From Barthelona sp. PCE (Eukaryota): a stretch of 64,000 nt of DNA. Within the stretch, counting starts at the first letter, position 1. Each line of letters starts with the position of its first letter. Positions 11,717 to 21,734 of the stretch are shown here, in pieces. Location of the stretch: the NCBI GenBank assembly GCA_040285745.1, contig JAUFOR010000002.1, forward strand, positions 2,046,001-2,110,000, given 5' to 3'. The position numbers were made by a program, and so were the translations under genes. The notes beneath the pieces are model-generated. The model saw nothing but the letters and a program-made list of their open reading frames with translations, ran no database searches and had not been told where the DNA came from.

Positions 11717-12430
11717 TTACTCGATCTTCTTTTCAATAGGAGCCTTTTCGTCAACATGAACCTCTTCTTCTGCGAAAACCATGAACTCTGCTTCTTTCTT
11801 ATCGTACTGGCAAACTATCTCAATCCTAAAAACAGCAAGTTGAATACCAAACTGTTTAAGAATGTTTGCCTGATTGGCTGTAAGTGGCTTACCGATCGTG
11901 CTCACCTTATAATCGGTTTTTAAATAGATTTTACCCTTATCCAAACTGACTGGCATGCCAAGCCTCTTTAAAAGATCGAAATGACTGTGAGTGAATTGTT
12001 CAAGCTCTCCACTGGCAATCACCACCTCGTGGTCGGGTACAAAGCCGGTTCTTGCGTATTCTTGAATCTCATAACCTTCAAAAAACTCACTGATCTGTTC
12101 ATAAGTTCTGTTCGTCATAAGAATACCACATTCACCCCTAACGTACTCACACAGGAAGTGGATGTTTTCTGCAATCTCGGTTTCTGGTGTTTTTCCACAC
12201 GCAACTTGGAAGACCTTATTCTTTCCGAAAAAAAACTTTCCATCGTCCCTAAACTGCGCCCTTAAAGACTTGAGTGCGTTGTTGCGCATGTTGTGAACAT
12301 GGAACACATACACATGATCATATTTTTCAACACTATCGCGGATTCCATCAATCAGTAGCTCCTTATCTTCCCGAGTTCGTGACTCTGTCTCTGTAAGTGC
12401 TTTCGTTCTCACACGTCTTGATCTAGGCAT
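11717..12430 (-). CDS. MRT4: Ribosome assembly factor Mrt4
   Basis: MPRSRR, NMRNN, FFFGKNKV, YARTG, LKRLGMP, LTANQANILKQFG. Confidence 0.95.
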   Translation of the reverse strand: MPRSRRVRTKALTETESRTREDKELLIDGIRDSVEKYDHVYVFHVHNMRNNALKSLRAQFRDDGKFFFGKNKVFQVACGKTPETEIAENIHFLCEYVRGECGILMTNRTYEQISEFFEGYEIQEYARTGFVPDHEVVIASGELEQFTHSHFDLLKRLGMPVSLDKGKIYLKTDYKVSTIGKPLTANQANILKQFGIQLAVFRIEIVCQYDKKEAEFMVFAEEEVHVDEKAPIEKKIE

Positions 12431-12763
12431 CTGTAAATGTTTTTGAAATGGATAAAAGATGTAAAAATGAAAGTACTTTCATATATTGCTCTTATACTCT
12501 CAATTTATTCCCAAATGCGTTGAAGATACCAAATATGGACGTTTCAGTGCTATAAAAAGTGTTCAAGTATCTAGCTGGTGCAAGCAAAAGCAGGCTCCCC
12601 TTCTGGTTATATTAGGTACTCTAACTGGTGCATAAGGTATTTAATTACCATATTAAATCTTATCCGATGGTACAAATACCCTTCCAGGTTATGTTCATTG
12701 AGAACCAAAAATGACCTGCCTTCAGCTTTTTTCCCCTTTACTCCTTTATTATATTCTAATATT

Positions 12764-13132
12764 ATGTCACAAGACACCGTGGTCGAAATGGAAACGCCTA
12801 ATCTTGATGACACGATTGCATCTCTTGAAAAAAACGGAAACTCGATTCTTTCTAATTTGGAAAGTATTTACTCTATTGTATCTCGTATGAATTATCTATA
12901 ATACCATTAAATCAGCTAACACCCAGGTAAAAATGAAGAAATCGTTGCTACCATAGAAGAACGCCAATCTCAAATGAACAACAGATTTACTCAGATTGCA
13001 CAGTATATCAATATGTGCATTGAAGATTGTAATAACAAGAGCCAGGGCATCAATGAATGCACCGAACGTATCCAGAGTACGCAGCAACTCTTCTCGAATA
13101 TGCAAGCACAGTTTTCTCAAGCTATTCAGTAA
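12764..13132 (+). CDS. Small coiled-coil protein, 108 aa (exons 12764-12884 and 12927-13132)
   Basis: Removing a 42-nt intron gives a continuous ORF MSQDTVVEMET...FSQAIQ* that the ORF track misses. Confidence 0.75.
12885..12926 (+). other. Spliceosomal intron, 42 nt
   Basis: GTATGA...GCTAACACCCAG; contains an in-frame stop. Confidence 0.85.
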
Positions 13133-13172
13133 ACAAAAAAAGTCCCCACTTTCTTCAAAAAAAGATATTCTC

Positions 13173-15095
13173 CTACAACACAACTTCCTCGTGGAACTCG
13201 CTGAATGTTGAAAAAGTTAAAATAAAACATTCAGTAAAGAATTCATCGCTAAAAATCAGGGTTTCGTTTTCTGAAAGTCCTGTATAATCCTGATTGAATG
13301 TAATCATATGTGCCTTGACCTGAAAATCGCCCCAATTCCGCTCATAACATGCAATAATACCCGGTCCTGGTGAAATAACATGATTTTCCAAAAAAATGTT
13401 CGGAAGCTTCAACTCACTCTTCTTTGCAAGTTGGTTGTACGCATACACTGTGTCATAACTAACAAACACACCTGTATCCACAAAATAAGGGCTACATCCT
13501 CTCATAAACATAAAATCCGAAAAAACATCCATCACTTTATCATCATCACCGTAGTTCACGTAGAAATATTGTCTACTCCTACGTCCCGCCACAACAACAA
13601 TAGCCTGCCCTCCGTCATACGGATTACATAAGATCCTACTTACCTTGCCTCCAATATGCAGTGTCTTGGTTTCAATTGCGCCATCATTTCCCATCTTGAG
13701 TGCTGAAAGATTACCGCTATCACATATGACCCAAATATAATCTCCACTCACCTCATAACAACCAGCAACACCAAAACTGAATTCCCAAATCACAGTCATT
13801 TGAAGCTCTCCATTGACATACACGTCGAACGTGTCCTGCTCAACCATGCATGGAATTACTGTGTGTTTATCATTAAATTTCGGAACCTCGCAATCAATGA
13901 TCGAAAATTTCCCTGTCTCTTCTCCATCAACGTATGTGTGGTATGTTTCCGTGTTTTCGTCCACAACAACACATCGTGTTCTCCATTCTTTTGCCTTAAA
14001 ATCAAAGAACCTTGAAGCATCTCTTAAAAACAAGCCCTTTTTCTCACTGCATGGTTCAAAAACCATCAATGACTTGTTACACAGATCGAAAATGACGTTG
14101 CTCGGCCTTTGCTCTATATCAAACAACTGTAATTCGCCGAATTTCCACGATGAGAAAGAAGTTTGTGCCTCAATAACAAACAAACCTCGTAAATCACACC
14201 TATACACCGGGGAGAACCGCGCTACACCTGTACTGGTATCATATTCGGTACAACAGGTCTTTCCTGCAAGATCTACAAAATTCCAAACGCTTCTCCGACC
14301 ACCGCTTGCTGTCTGATACCCTGGTCTGTGCAGTATCAGCCCGTTGAAGCGCACGAACTCGATGTGGTCGTCAACACTCTCTCCAATGTACAAATCACAA
14401 TAACGGTCATCTTCAAACACCTCAGTTTCAAAGACTTTTAAAGACCAGAATTCTTCATTCTTCTTCACCACAAACTTGTTTCTCCCAGGTGTAACGTCCA
14501 GTGCGACATATTCAATACCCATTAATGGGTGATCATTATCAAAGCGAGGTTCGTTGTTGTCATCAAATACAACACGATGATGAACAGTGTGACTGTATGT
14601 ATCGACCAGGTAACACGTGCTGTCCTGCACAAAAAGACGAAACTTACGGTAATCTGGTAATTTGACAGCAAAAATTTGACTGGTAACAAGATCAATGAAG
14701 TCTAAATGGGATCTTCGGCGCTCCTGAACCCAGAATCGGTCGTTCAGCATCACGCAGTCATAACGTGAGAGATGTGGAGGTGGAGAAAGAAAACGTTTTT
14801 TCATCAAAAAATCTCCACCCTCAAACTCCCATAACTCAACTGTTTTTATGCTTTCATTAACATGTTCGTATCGGTACATGAGCGTTGGATCCATCAAAGT
14901 TGGGCTTAATCGCTCAAACTCTGAATTATCAGAGTCATAAGAAGGTTCTGTGAAGAATGCTCCCTCTGTCTTGGATACAATCTCGAATTTGTGCGTATTT
15001 AAATCGCTGTTGTTGCTTGAAACAACTATATAGTCTCCAAATCGAGCCAACGATAAGTTTTTCTGGAAATTATGACTGGGAAGCGGTATCGGCAT
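13173..15095 (-). CDS. Hypothetical beta-rich (propeller-like) protein
   Basis: 640-aa ORF of short beta-strand-like segments; no recognised motif. Confidence 0.7.
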   Translation of the reverse strand: MPIPLPSHNFQKNLSLARFGDYIVVSSNNSDLNTHKFEIVSKTEGAFFTEPSYDSDNSEFERLSPTLMDPTLMYRYEHVNESIKTVELWEFEGGDFLMKKRFLSPPPHLSRYDCVMLNDRFWVQERRRSHLDFIDLVTSQIFAVKLPDYRKFRLFVQDSTCYLVDTYSHTVHHRVVFDDNNEPRFDNDHPLMGIEYVALDVTPGRNKFVVKKNEEFWSLKVFETEVFEDDRYCDLYIGESVDDHIEFVRFNGLILHRPGYQTASGGRRSVWNFVDLAGKTCCTEYDTSTGVARFSPVYRCDLRGLFVIEAQTSFSSWKFGELQLFDIEQRPSNVIFDLCNKSLMVFEPCSEKKGLFLRDASRFFDFKAKEWRTRCVVVDENTETYHTYVDGEETGKFSIIDCEVPKFNDKHTVIPCMVEQDTFDVYVNGELQMTVIWEFSFGVAGCYEVSGDYIWVICDSGNLSALKMGNDGAIETKTLHIGGKVSRILCNPYDGGQAIVVVAGRRSRQYFYVNYGDDDKVMDVFSDFMFMRGCSPYFVDTGVFVSYDTVYAYNQLAKKSELKLPNIFLENHVISPGPGIIACYERNWGDFQVKAHMITFNQDYTGLSENETLIFSDEFFTECFILTFSTFSEFHEEVVL

Positions 15096-15241
15096 CTTAC
15101 TGATCTAATATCCATTAAATGCCTCACAGTGCAGTATTTTATAGCCTAAAGTTAAAAAATAACCTTGTGAATGCGGTAATATTTTCGAAAACATACTTTG
15201 AAAACGTAATACACTTGATTTATTCTCTAATTAAAAACAAA

Positions 15242-16405
15242 TTACGGAAGAACAGAAAAAATTCTATTCCGCTTAGAAATAGTCAATTTAGCCTCATATG
15301 AACCTGAATTACATCCACTGTAATAAATAGTAAACGAATCTTTTGCCTCATTATTCTTACGTATTCCATCAACAAAAACTGAATTGGGAGTTTGTCCTCC
15401 TCCATCAATGCAAGTTTCATAAGATTTATCTGGACTCAAAATCGGTGACTCACTTCTGTATCTTATTCTTCGTGGATTGTTGCCGTTCAAAATCAGATAC
15501 CCAACGTTATACTGCAAGTCATAATTTGGTTTGGCAGTTGTATGATTGAATTTTCTCGCTGAATTGTACAAAAATAGATAATTGCCATCACTCAACTTTA
15601 TGGGTGGTGGTCCGGGAATAACAAACTCAGAATCAAAGAAATTTTTTCTTGGCTTCAGCCAGGCTTCCGTGTTGCATGTCCAGTTAATCATATTAACTGG
15701 ATTGCTCCAATACAAAAAAGATTTATCTCCCCAAATCATGCCTAAGATATCATCGCCATCCAGCAACACAGCTCCTCCCGTTGATTTCCTATCATTATCC
15801 CCCCACAAAGGACCATTCTTTGTCCATGTGTTAGGAAGGCCAGATGGGCTCAATGCTAATGAAAGTTTGTGATTTCTTGAATCGTCTACAACAGCAACTG
15901 AGGTATAAAACATGTAATAATAACCTGTTTTCTTCCAAAAAACGATTCTTGGGTCTTCAACACCCGCATTGTCGATTCCTGGCGTATCTGGGGCAAGCAA
16001 AACATCCCTCATGGTGATATTGGTGTAAATTCCTTTTTCAAATTTGGCATACATGATGAAAGATGGTCCTACATCATAGATTGAGTCACCAGTTATGTTC
16101 TGACAACGCACAGCAATGGATATTTCTGAAGTTCCATCGCCCTGATTGTGTCCGTAGTAACAAGCATTATAGTTGTAGTCAAAAACTGAACTTGATGAGT
16201 TGTTATAACCATTTCTTTTCAACTCCACATTCCACACCCAATTTTCCTGTATCATGAAAGCTATACACGCATATGACATCAGACACAAACATGTAAAAAG
16301 TATGCAGCTTCCATGCTTTCTGCAACAGCTTCTATGCTTAATGGTTGGATCTGGATGGGTAACGGATGCCTGTATCAATGAAGTTGTGACATGTACTACA
16401 GGCAT
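15242..16405 (-). CDS. Membrane-anchored glycoside hydrolase, GH130/five-bladed propeller type
   Basis: N-terminal TM; GVEDPRIV, YYMFYT, PGPPPIKL..GNYLFLYN, PNSVFVDG motifs. Confidence 0.75.
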   Translation of the reverse strand: MPVVHVTTSLIQASVTHPDPTIKHRSCCRKHGSCILFTCLCLMSYACIAFMIQENWVWNVELKRNGYNNSSSSVFDYNYNACYYGHNQGDGTSEISIAVRCQNITGDSIYDVGPSFIMYAKFEKGIYTNITMRDVLLAPDTPGIDNAGVEDPRIVFWKKTGYYYMFYTSVAVVDDSRNHKLSLALSPSGLPNTWTKNGPLWGDNDRKSTGGAVLLDGDDILGMIWGDKSFLYWSNPVNMINWTCNTEAWLKPRKNFFDSEFVIPGPPPIKLSDGNYLFLYNSARKFNHTTAKPNYDLQYNVGYLILNGNNPRRIRYRSESPILSPDKSYETCIDGGGQTPNSVFVDGIRKNNEAKDSFTIYYSGCNSGSYEAKLTISKRNRIFSVLP

Positions 16406-16944
16406 GCTGTTTGGTGATAATTATTAACTCGAAAATAAAGGGAAAAACATAAAACACTTCAAGCTACATGCTTGTGAAGCATTATTAAACCCAAAGCTCG
16501 CAGTGTATTTAGTTTATGCACGGTGTAATCGCTAAACACAGAGATTTAGCATGCTGAAAGAAAAACCTCGAATATTGAGCATACCTCATTTTTTTACATT
16601 TAGATATCATTTTTGCTCTTAACAACATTTTATAAGACATTTTTTAAACCCAAATTCAACAAAAACCTAACAAAAGAACAGGCAATACCTTGCCTTTTAC
16701 TTATTACACTTCAGTTACTATTGATGAAGTTGTTCTAACGAAACCTATCGATTAAACCTCACAAAAGATGTTTGTTACAAATGTAATAACGCAGTTTGTC
16801 ATATATGAGCTTTTGTTACACTATACTACTTTAATATTGTTTGTATACATATATGACCTCCTTTAAATGACAGTAAAATGAAAAACATTTATGTTGTGTT
16901 GTTTAAAGAATTTTTTCTTTTTCCTTCGGGTGCTTTATTACATA

Positions 16945-19900
16945 ATGTTTGTGATCTTTAGGGATGATCACGGACGCGCTTGTGTCAAGCAACAGCTCAA
17001 TACTACAACAAACGATGTTGAAGTAACACAACTCCGTGAAGATGATGATTTCACGGGTGACTATTGGGTTTCACAAGACGAAAGTACTTTAGCCATTGTG
17101 TACTCATTTTGTATCAGGTTTTTTCGTGTTCCTTCGTTTGAACTATTTCATGTTGCTGAACAACAGGATAACGAGTTGATAAGTGTAAGTCACGGTTGTC
17201 TAAGTGCTGATGGGAAAATGTTTACCTTTTGTTTAAACAAAGGAGAAAATAAGGTGTATAATTCTATTCGTTTAGAATCTGATTTTGTTAATGTATCATC
17301 CATTTCTTTTAAAGATGGAGGAAGGTGTTGGGTCAATTCTAAATATATAATCATCCAAAAGGGTAAGGAGTTTTACAGATTAGTTCATGAAGAACCAAAA
17401 GAATCCAGTTTAATTAAAGGAAATATCGTAGTGCAGGACAGAAACAATGAAATGTACGTGATACATCGACATGGGTTTTTTTCAACTAAAATCGATGTCA
17501 TCGACGCTGAAGGATCTGTGGAAAGTTTTTCAGAACTGGAAAAGGTTCGACCGATAGAGTATGCTGATATATCAGAGCAATATCTTGTCATTGGTAACAA
17601 AACAACGTTTCAGGTGTACCACAGACAAACAAGAGAAGTGGTTTTGCAATTTGATAGAGAATGTGACATCCAATCTATTCTTATATCAAGGAATCAACAG
17701 CATATTTCATATGTTGAAGATTCTTATTGTGTGGTATGTGATATTAGAGAAAGAAAACGTGTTGCTGAAGTATGCAAAACATTTGTGAGACCAACAACCA
17801 TGTTTAAAGTTTTGGATGAGGAATTAATTTTATTGAAGAATACAGACGAAGCATTTATTTGTTTCAAGAAAACAATAATCTTGTGTGAGTCAAAGTATTT
17901 TGTGTATCCAATTCACCGTGGTTTTCTGTTATTTTTTAACACAAGAGTTTTTTGTTTAAAAGAGGATGGCAAGAAATGTAATACTTACGAATGTCATGAA
18001 GGAAATGTTGTTGATGTTTCAATTATTTTGGATTCTTCTTTGTTAAATGTCAAATTTGAAGATGGTACTAGAATGCTGCTTGAGTGGAGTCCCATTAATG
18101 GTTTTGGACGAACTGCAAAATGTAAGAATTTGGATTTAGATTCTGATGTATCCATTAATGATTTGTGTTTTATACTTGCTGAGCAGCTTAATGAAAAACA
18201 AACTTTTGAACAGCAACTCAGAGAACAGGAGCAACGGAATGAAGAACTTTTAGCTCAAATTACAAAAATGAACGAAAAAGCTTATGAAGAACAACCCAAA
18301 GATAAGGATCAACAAAATGAAGAACTTTTAGCTGAAAATACAAAAATGAAGGAAAAATTTCAGGCAATTTATGAAGAATTAAACAAAGATCCTCATAATT
18401 TTGGTAAAGAATACTACACTGAATTGATTTCACGTGTTGATGCATGTTCTAATGAGATCAAGGAACTTGTTAAGCCACCCCAATCTTTCTTTGACTGGCT
18501 ATCTTCGAACCCCACCGTGGATTCTATATTTGATAGTTTGGGAAATGTCAACATGGCAAAGGAATTTGTCAACAATCTTAGAAGTGTTGTTGAGAGACAC
18601 GGCTTTACTGGTCACCTTAGGGTTTCGTTTGGTTCACAATATAATATTATTGCAGAAAACCCCATTATTGGAATACTTCATGAAGATAAAATGAAGGAAA
18701 AAATGAGGGAACTGCTCGAACTAAACCCTTTCTTTGATTGTTATAACCAATGTTTGGAACTGAATTATCAGGCACTGTTTTTAGACAACACAAGCAACGC
18801 TATAAACTTAATTGATATCAAGTTTAGGAATATTCAAGAAGATATGAACAAATTCCGTTCCATCAAGCACATAACGAAAGCAATCAACAAAACGAACTTC
18901 AATTCCCTTTTTTCAATCAAAGAGCAGATTAATAATTATCAACACGATGTCTCAACTTTTGAAACTACTTTGTTCAGTAATGCAAGGAATGCACTCATTG
19001 CTGAATTGTCAGATATTCAACAATCACTCAATGATATCATCAGGGAAGTGAGTTTTGAGAACGTGGATATCATTGCTGCACTTGAAGAGCTCAATCTATC
19101 AACTATCAATTTTCCATTTGTTCCTAAGGTTATTAACATCAAGTACGCTCAGGGCACACTCAGATTTGCAAGAACATGGAACTCAGTTCAGTTCACTGAT
19201 GATCTGTGCTTAAAATGCTTTTGTTTTTCAAGTCTTTACCTTGGAGATAAGGAGAGTAATTTGAAGGATTTGAGACATGAGCTAAGGGTTCTGACTCGGT
19301 CCGATCCATGTGTAGTTGAGCTTAAGGGTGTGACGCTGGTATACGATCAGGAAGAAAATGAGGATCCAACTCTGGAATTCGTTTGTCTCGAACTTGAAAG
19401 GGCGCCTTATGACCTTGAGCAGTATTTGACCGAATTCCCCGATCTAAATGAGGACACTAAAATCTCCATAGCAAAGCAACTCGTTAAATGCGTATTAACG
19501 ATGCACACAAGGGGAATAATGTTGCGTGACATCAAGCCCAACAACGCCCTTGTATTCTGTGATGAAGACGGTAACAACCCAATCATAAAGCTTTGCGATT
19601 TTAGCGATAGCATAGATCCTCAAAACACACTTAGTAGAACTATCGCTGCAGCAGCGTTTTATATACCGCCTGAAGTGGCGCGTGGTGGCCCACACACAAT
19701 CATGGGTGACATTTTTTCGCTTGGGAGAACAATTTGCAGAGTTTTTGGTTCACCAATAGATATTAATGAATTTTTTTGTCCTCATTCAGACATATTAAAA
19801 AAATGTGAACATCTAGAACCACTTGAAAGACCGAGCATTTACGAGTTGGCGTTGAAGTGGGATATTGACTTTGACCTGGACGTTCGCAAGGAAATGACCA

Positions 19901-21141
19901 AATTTTTGTTTGAGAGACAAGAGCTTGAAAATGAAACAATGTTGCACTCTGAGTATTACATTGATAGCGACGATTTTAGTACCGTTTTCAGCAAAATAAG
20001 GGAACAGTTGTCAGAAAACAATAGAAGATTCTTCAAAGATGCCATTATTACTGTTGGCGATCAACGTCTTCATCTGACCCAGTACATTAGATATCTTTTC
20101 CAGCACAGATTTGTACCGCCCATCACCCTTAAATCAACAGATACTGACGTAAAAAATATGTGCACTTTTCTGTACTGCTGCCTTGTATTCCAGGCACCCA
20201 TTGATGATTCACAAGTCGGAAATTTCGTTCTTAATGCACTCAGCTGCGACTTTGATAAGCTTTCTGATGCTGCAGTTTTTGCAAGGGCTTTTCCTATGCA
20301 ATCTCTCAGCTTTCAGAATATTGCCAGTGATGATAATCTGAACTTCAACCTTTATGGAGGTGAAGACGTACCGGTTACTGATGAAAACCGTGAAACTTTC
20401 GTTGAGGAAGAATGGAGTGATCGATCTGAATATATTCACGATACATTTCATGATTTTGATCTTCCTGAGCAACTGAGAGCACTTTCGTTCAATGAGATAA
20501 AGGCTATCATGTGCGAGCCACCTCGTTTCACAGCGGAGAAGGTGCTCAAAGCACTCAAATTTGTCGATGACATGCCGGAAGATCTAAAGGAATCTTTTGA
20601 AACACTGTTGCACGGGCTATACTCTCTTGAATTAACTCATTTTGTGCACTGGCTCAATGGATCTACCAAACTACCACAGTTCACAGTGTCATTTCATCAG
20701 GATGACACGAAACCACCATTGGTCAACCGTGTAATGCATACTCTACACATACCTAACGATGCACAACATATCAGTGAAGTTATTCGCAGTGCTATTCGCA
20801 ATACCATGCCTAATGATTTGAAATTCCGGATTTTTCGCACACTATCTCGATATTCAACGAATGATGTGCAAGAGCTCAATAATCAATTGGAAAATGCACT
20901 GGATATTGACATCACCATTAATGGCATTGATAATGTGCCTTCAGTTCGTGCTTGTCCCAGATGTTGTACAATGGTGACGTACGATGGCGGTTGCAAGAGA
21001 GTGAAGTGTCCTTTGTGCAACTTCTTGTTCTGTTTCTCGTGTCTCTCATCCATCTGCAATCCCGCTGGTCAGTGCAAAGTTGCCCCAACACAAAAGCTGA
21101 CGTTTGAGCAGGTACAAGACAGTATACATCAGTTCTCATGA
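16945..21141 (+). CDS. Multidomain protein: beta-propeller, coiled coil, protein kinase, HECT-like, RBR RING2-like Zn finger (paralog 1)
   Basis: Likely start MFVIF at 16945. Kinase LRDIKPNN/CDFS/YIPPE/DIFSLG; HECT-like GGEDVPVTDENRETFV and FVHWLNGSTKLP; C-terminal CPRC..GGCKRVKC..C..FCFSC. Confidence 0.8.
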   Translation: MFVIFRDDHGRACVKQQLNTTTNDVEVTQLREDDDFTGDYWVSQDESTLAIVYSFCIRFFRVPSFELFHVAEQQDNELISVSHGCLSADGKMFTFCLNKGENKVYNSIRLESDFVNVSSISFKDGGRCWVNSKYIIIQKGKEFYRLVHEEPKESSLIKGNIVVQDRNNEMYVIHRHGFFSTKIDVIDAEGSVESFSELEKVRPIEYADISEQYLVIGNKTTFQVYHRQTREVVLQFDRECDIQSILISRNQQHISYVEDSYCVVCDIRERKRVAEVCKTFVRPTTMFKVLDEELILLKNTDEAFICFKKTIILCESKYFVYPIHRGFLLFFNTRVFCLKEDGKKCNTYECHEGNVVDVSIILDSSLLNVKFEDGTRMLLEWSPINGFGRTAKCKNLDLDSDVSINDLCFILAEQLNEKQTFEQQLREQEQRNEELLAQITKMNEKAYEEQPKDKDQQNEELLAENTKMKEKFQAIYEELNKDPHNFGKEYYTELISRVDACSNEIKELVKPPQSFFDWLSSNPTVDSIFDSLGNVNMAKEFVNNLRSVVERHGFTGHLRVSFGSQYNIIAENPIIGILHEDKMKEKMRELLELNPFFDCYNQCLELNYQALFLDNTSNAINLIDIKFRNIQEDMNKFRSIKHITKAINKTNFNSLFSIKEQINNYQHDVSTFETTLFSNARNALIAELSDIQQSLNDIIREVSFENVDIIAALEELNLSTINFPFVPKVINIKYAQGTLRFARTWNSVQFTDDLCLKCFCFSSLYLGDKESNLKDLRHELRVLTRSDPCVVELKGVTLVYDQEENEDPTLEFVCLELERAPYDLEQYLTEFPDLNEDTKISIAKQLVKCVLTMHTRGIMLRDIKPNNALVFCDEDGNNPIIKLCDFSDSIDPQNTLSRTIAAAAFYIPPEVARGGPHTIMGDIFSLGRTICRVFGSPIDINEFFCPHSDILKKCEHLEPLERPSIYELALKWDIDFDLDVRKEMTKFLFERQELENETMLHSEYYIDSDDFSTVFSKIREQLSENNRRFFKDAIITVGDQRLHLTQYIRYLFQHRFVPPITLKSTDTDVKNMCTFLYCCLVFQAPIDDSQVGNFVLNALSCDFDKLSDAAVFARAFPMQSLSFQNIASDDNLNFNLYGGEDVPVTDENRETFVEEEWSDRSEYIHDTFHDFDLPEQLRALSFNEIKAIMCEPPRFTAEKVLKALKFVDDMPEDLKESFETLLHGLYSLELTHFVHWLNGSTKLPQFTVSFHQDDTKPPLVNRVMHTLHIPNDAQHISEVIRSAIRNTMPNDLKFRIFRTLSRYSTNDVQELNNQLENALDIDITINGIDNVPSVRACPRCCTMVTYDGGCKRVKCPLCNFLFCFSCLSSICNPAGQCKVAPTQKLTFEQVQDSIHQFS

Positions 21142-21734
21142 TCACGTTCATACTTATTCATAAAGTATGTCAATAAATATGTAAAAGTTTTTATTTGTTC
21201 CAACAAAGAATGGGAATGTACGCTTGTTATTAACACGTTAGCTTGGGTGCCTGGGGAGAGTGTACGCGATTTTCTCGAGTGCTCTGTGCAAACATATGAC
21301 TTAACTTTTCTATTTTTGTTTATTTTCATTAGAAGGGCAATGAAACAGTTCTCAGCACAATCAATGTACTCGGGGGTCGCCACTACCGTAAAGATGCACG
21401 AATATGAGTTACATCCAACGAGTGAGAATCCGAACAATAATATTTGCTCGTAATAATCATGAGCTAAGCTATTTTCATGGTTGCAAGGTGGGTACCAAAT
21501 ACATTCCCAAGTTAAAAAAGTTTAGATTAACAGATTTTGATGTTTATGGAAAAGCAGGTTTTTTTTAATGCAGGTCATATTTAATTTTTTTTCGTTGAGA
21601 TTTTAACAATATTTCTTTTACATTATTAGCGTCCAAAACACACAACTATAACATTCATAAGTTTTTTATGTACTCTATCTCCAGAATTACTGTTTTCTAT
21701 TTTTCATCCACTTTCAACTAAAACTAGTTGAATA

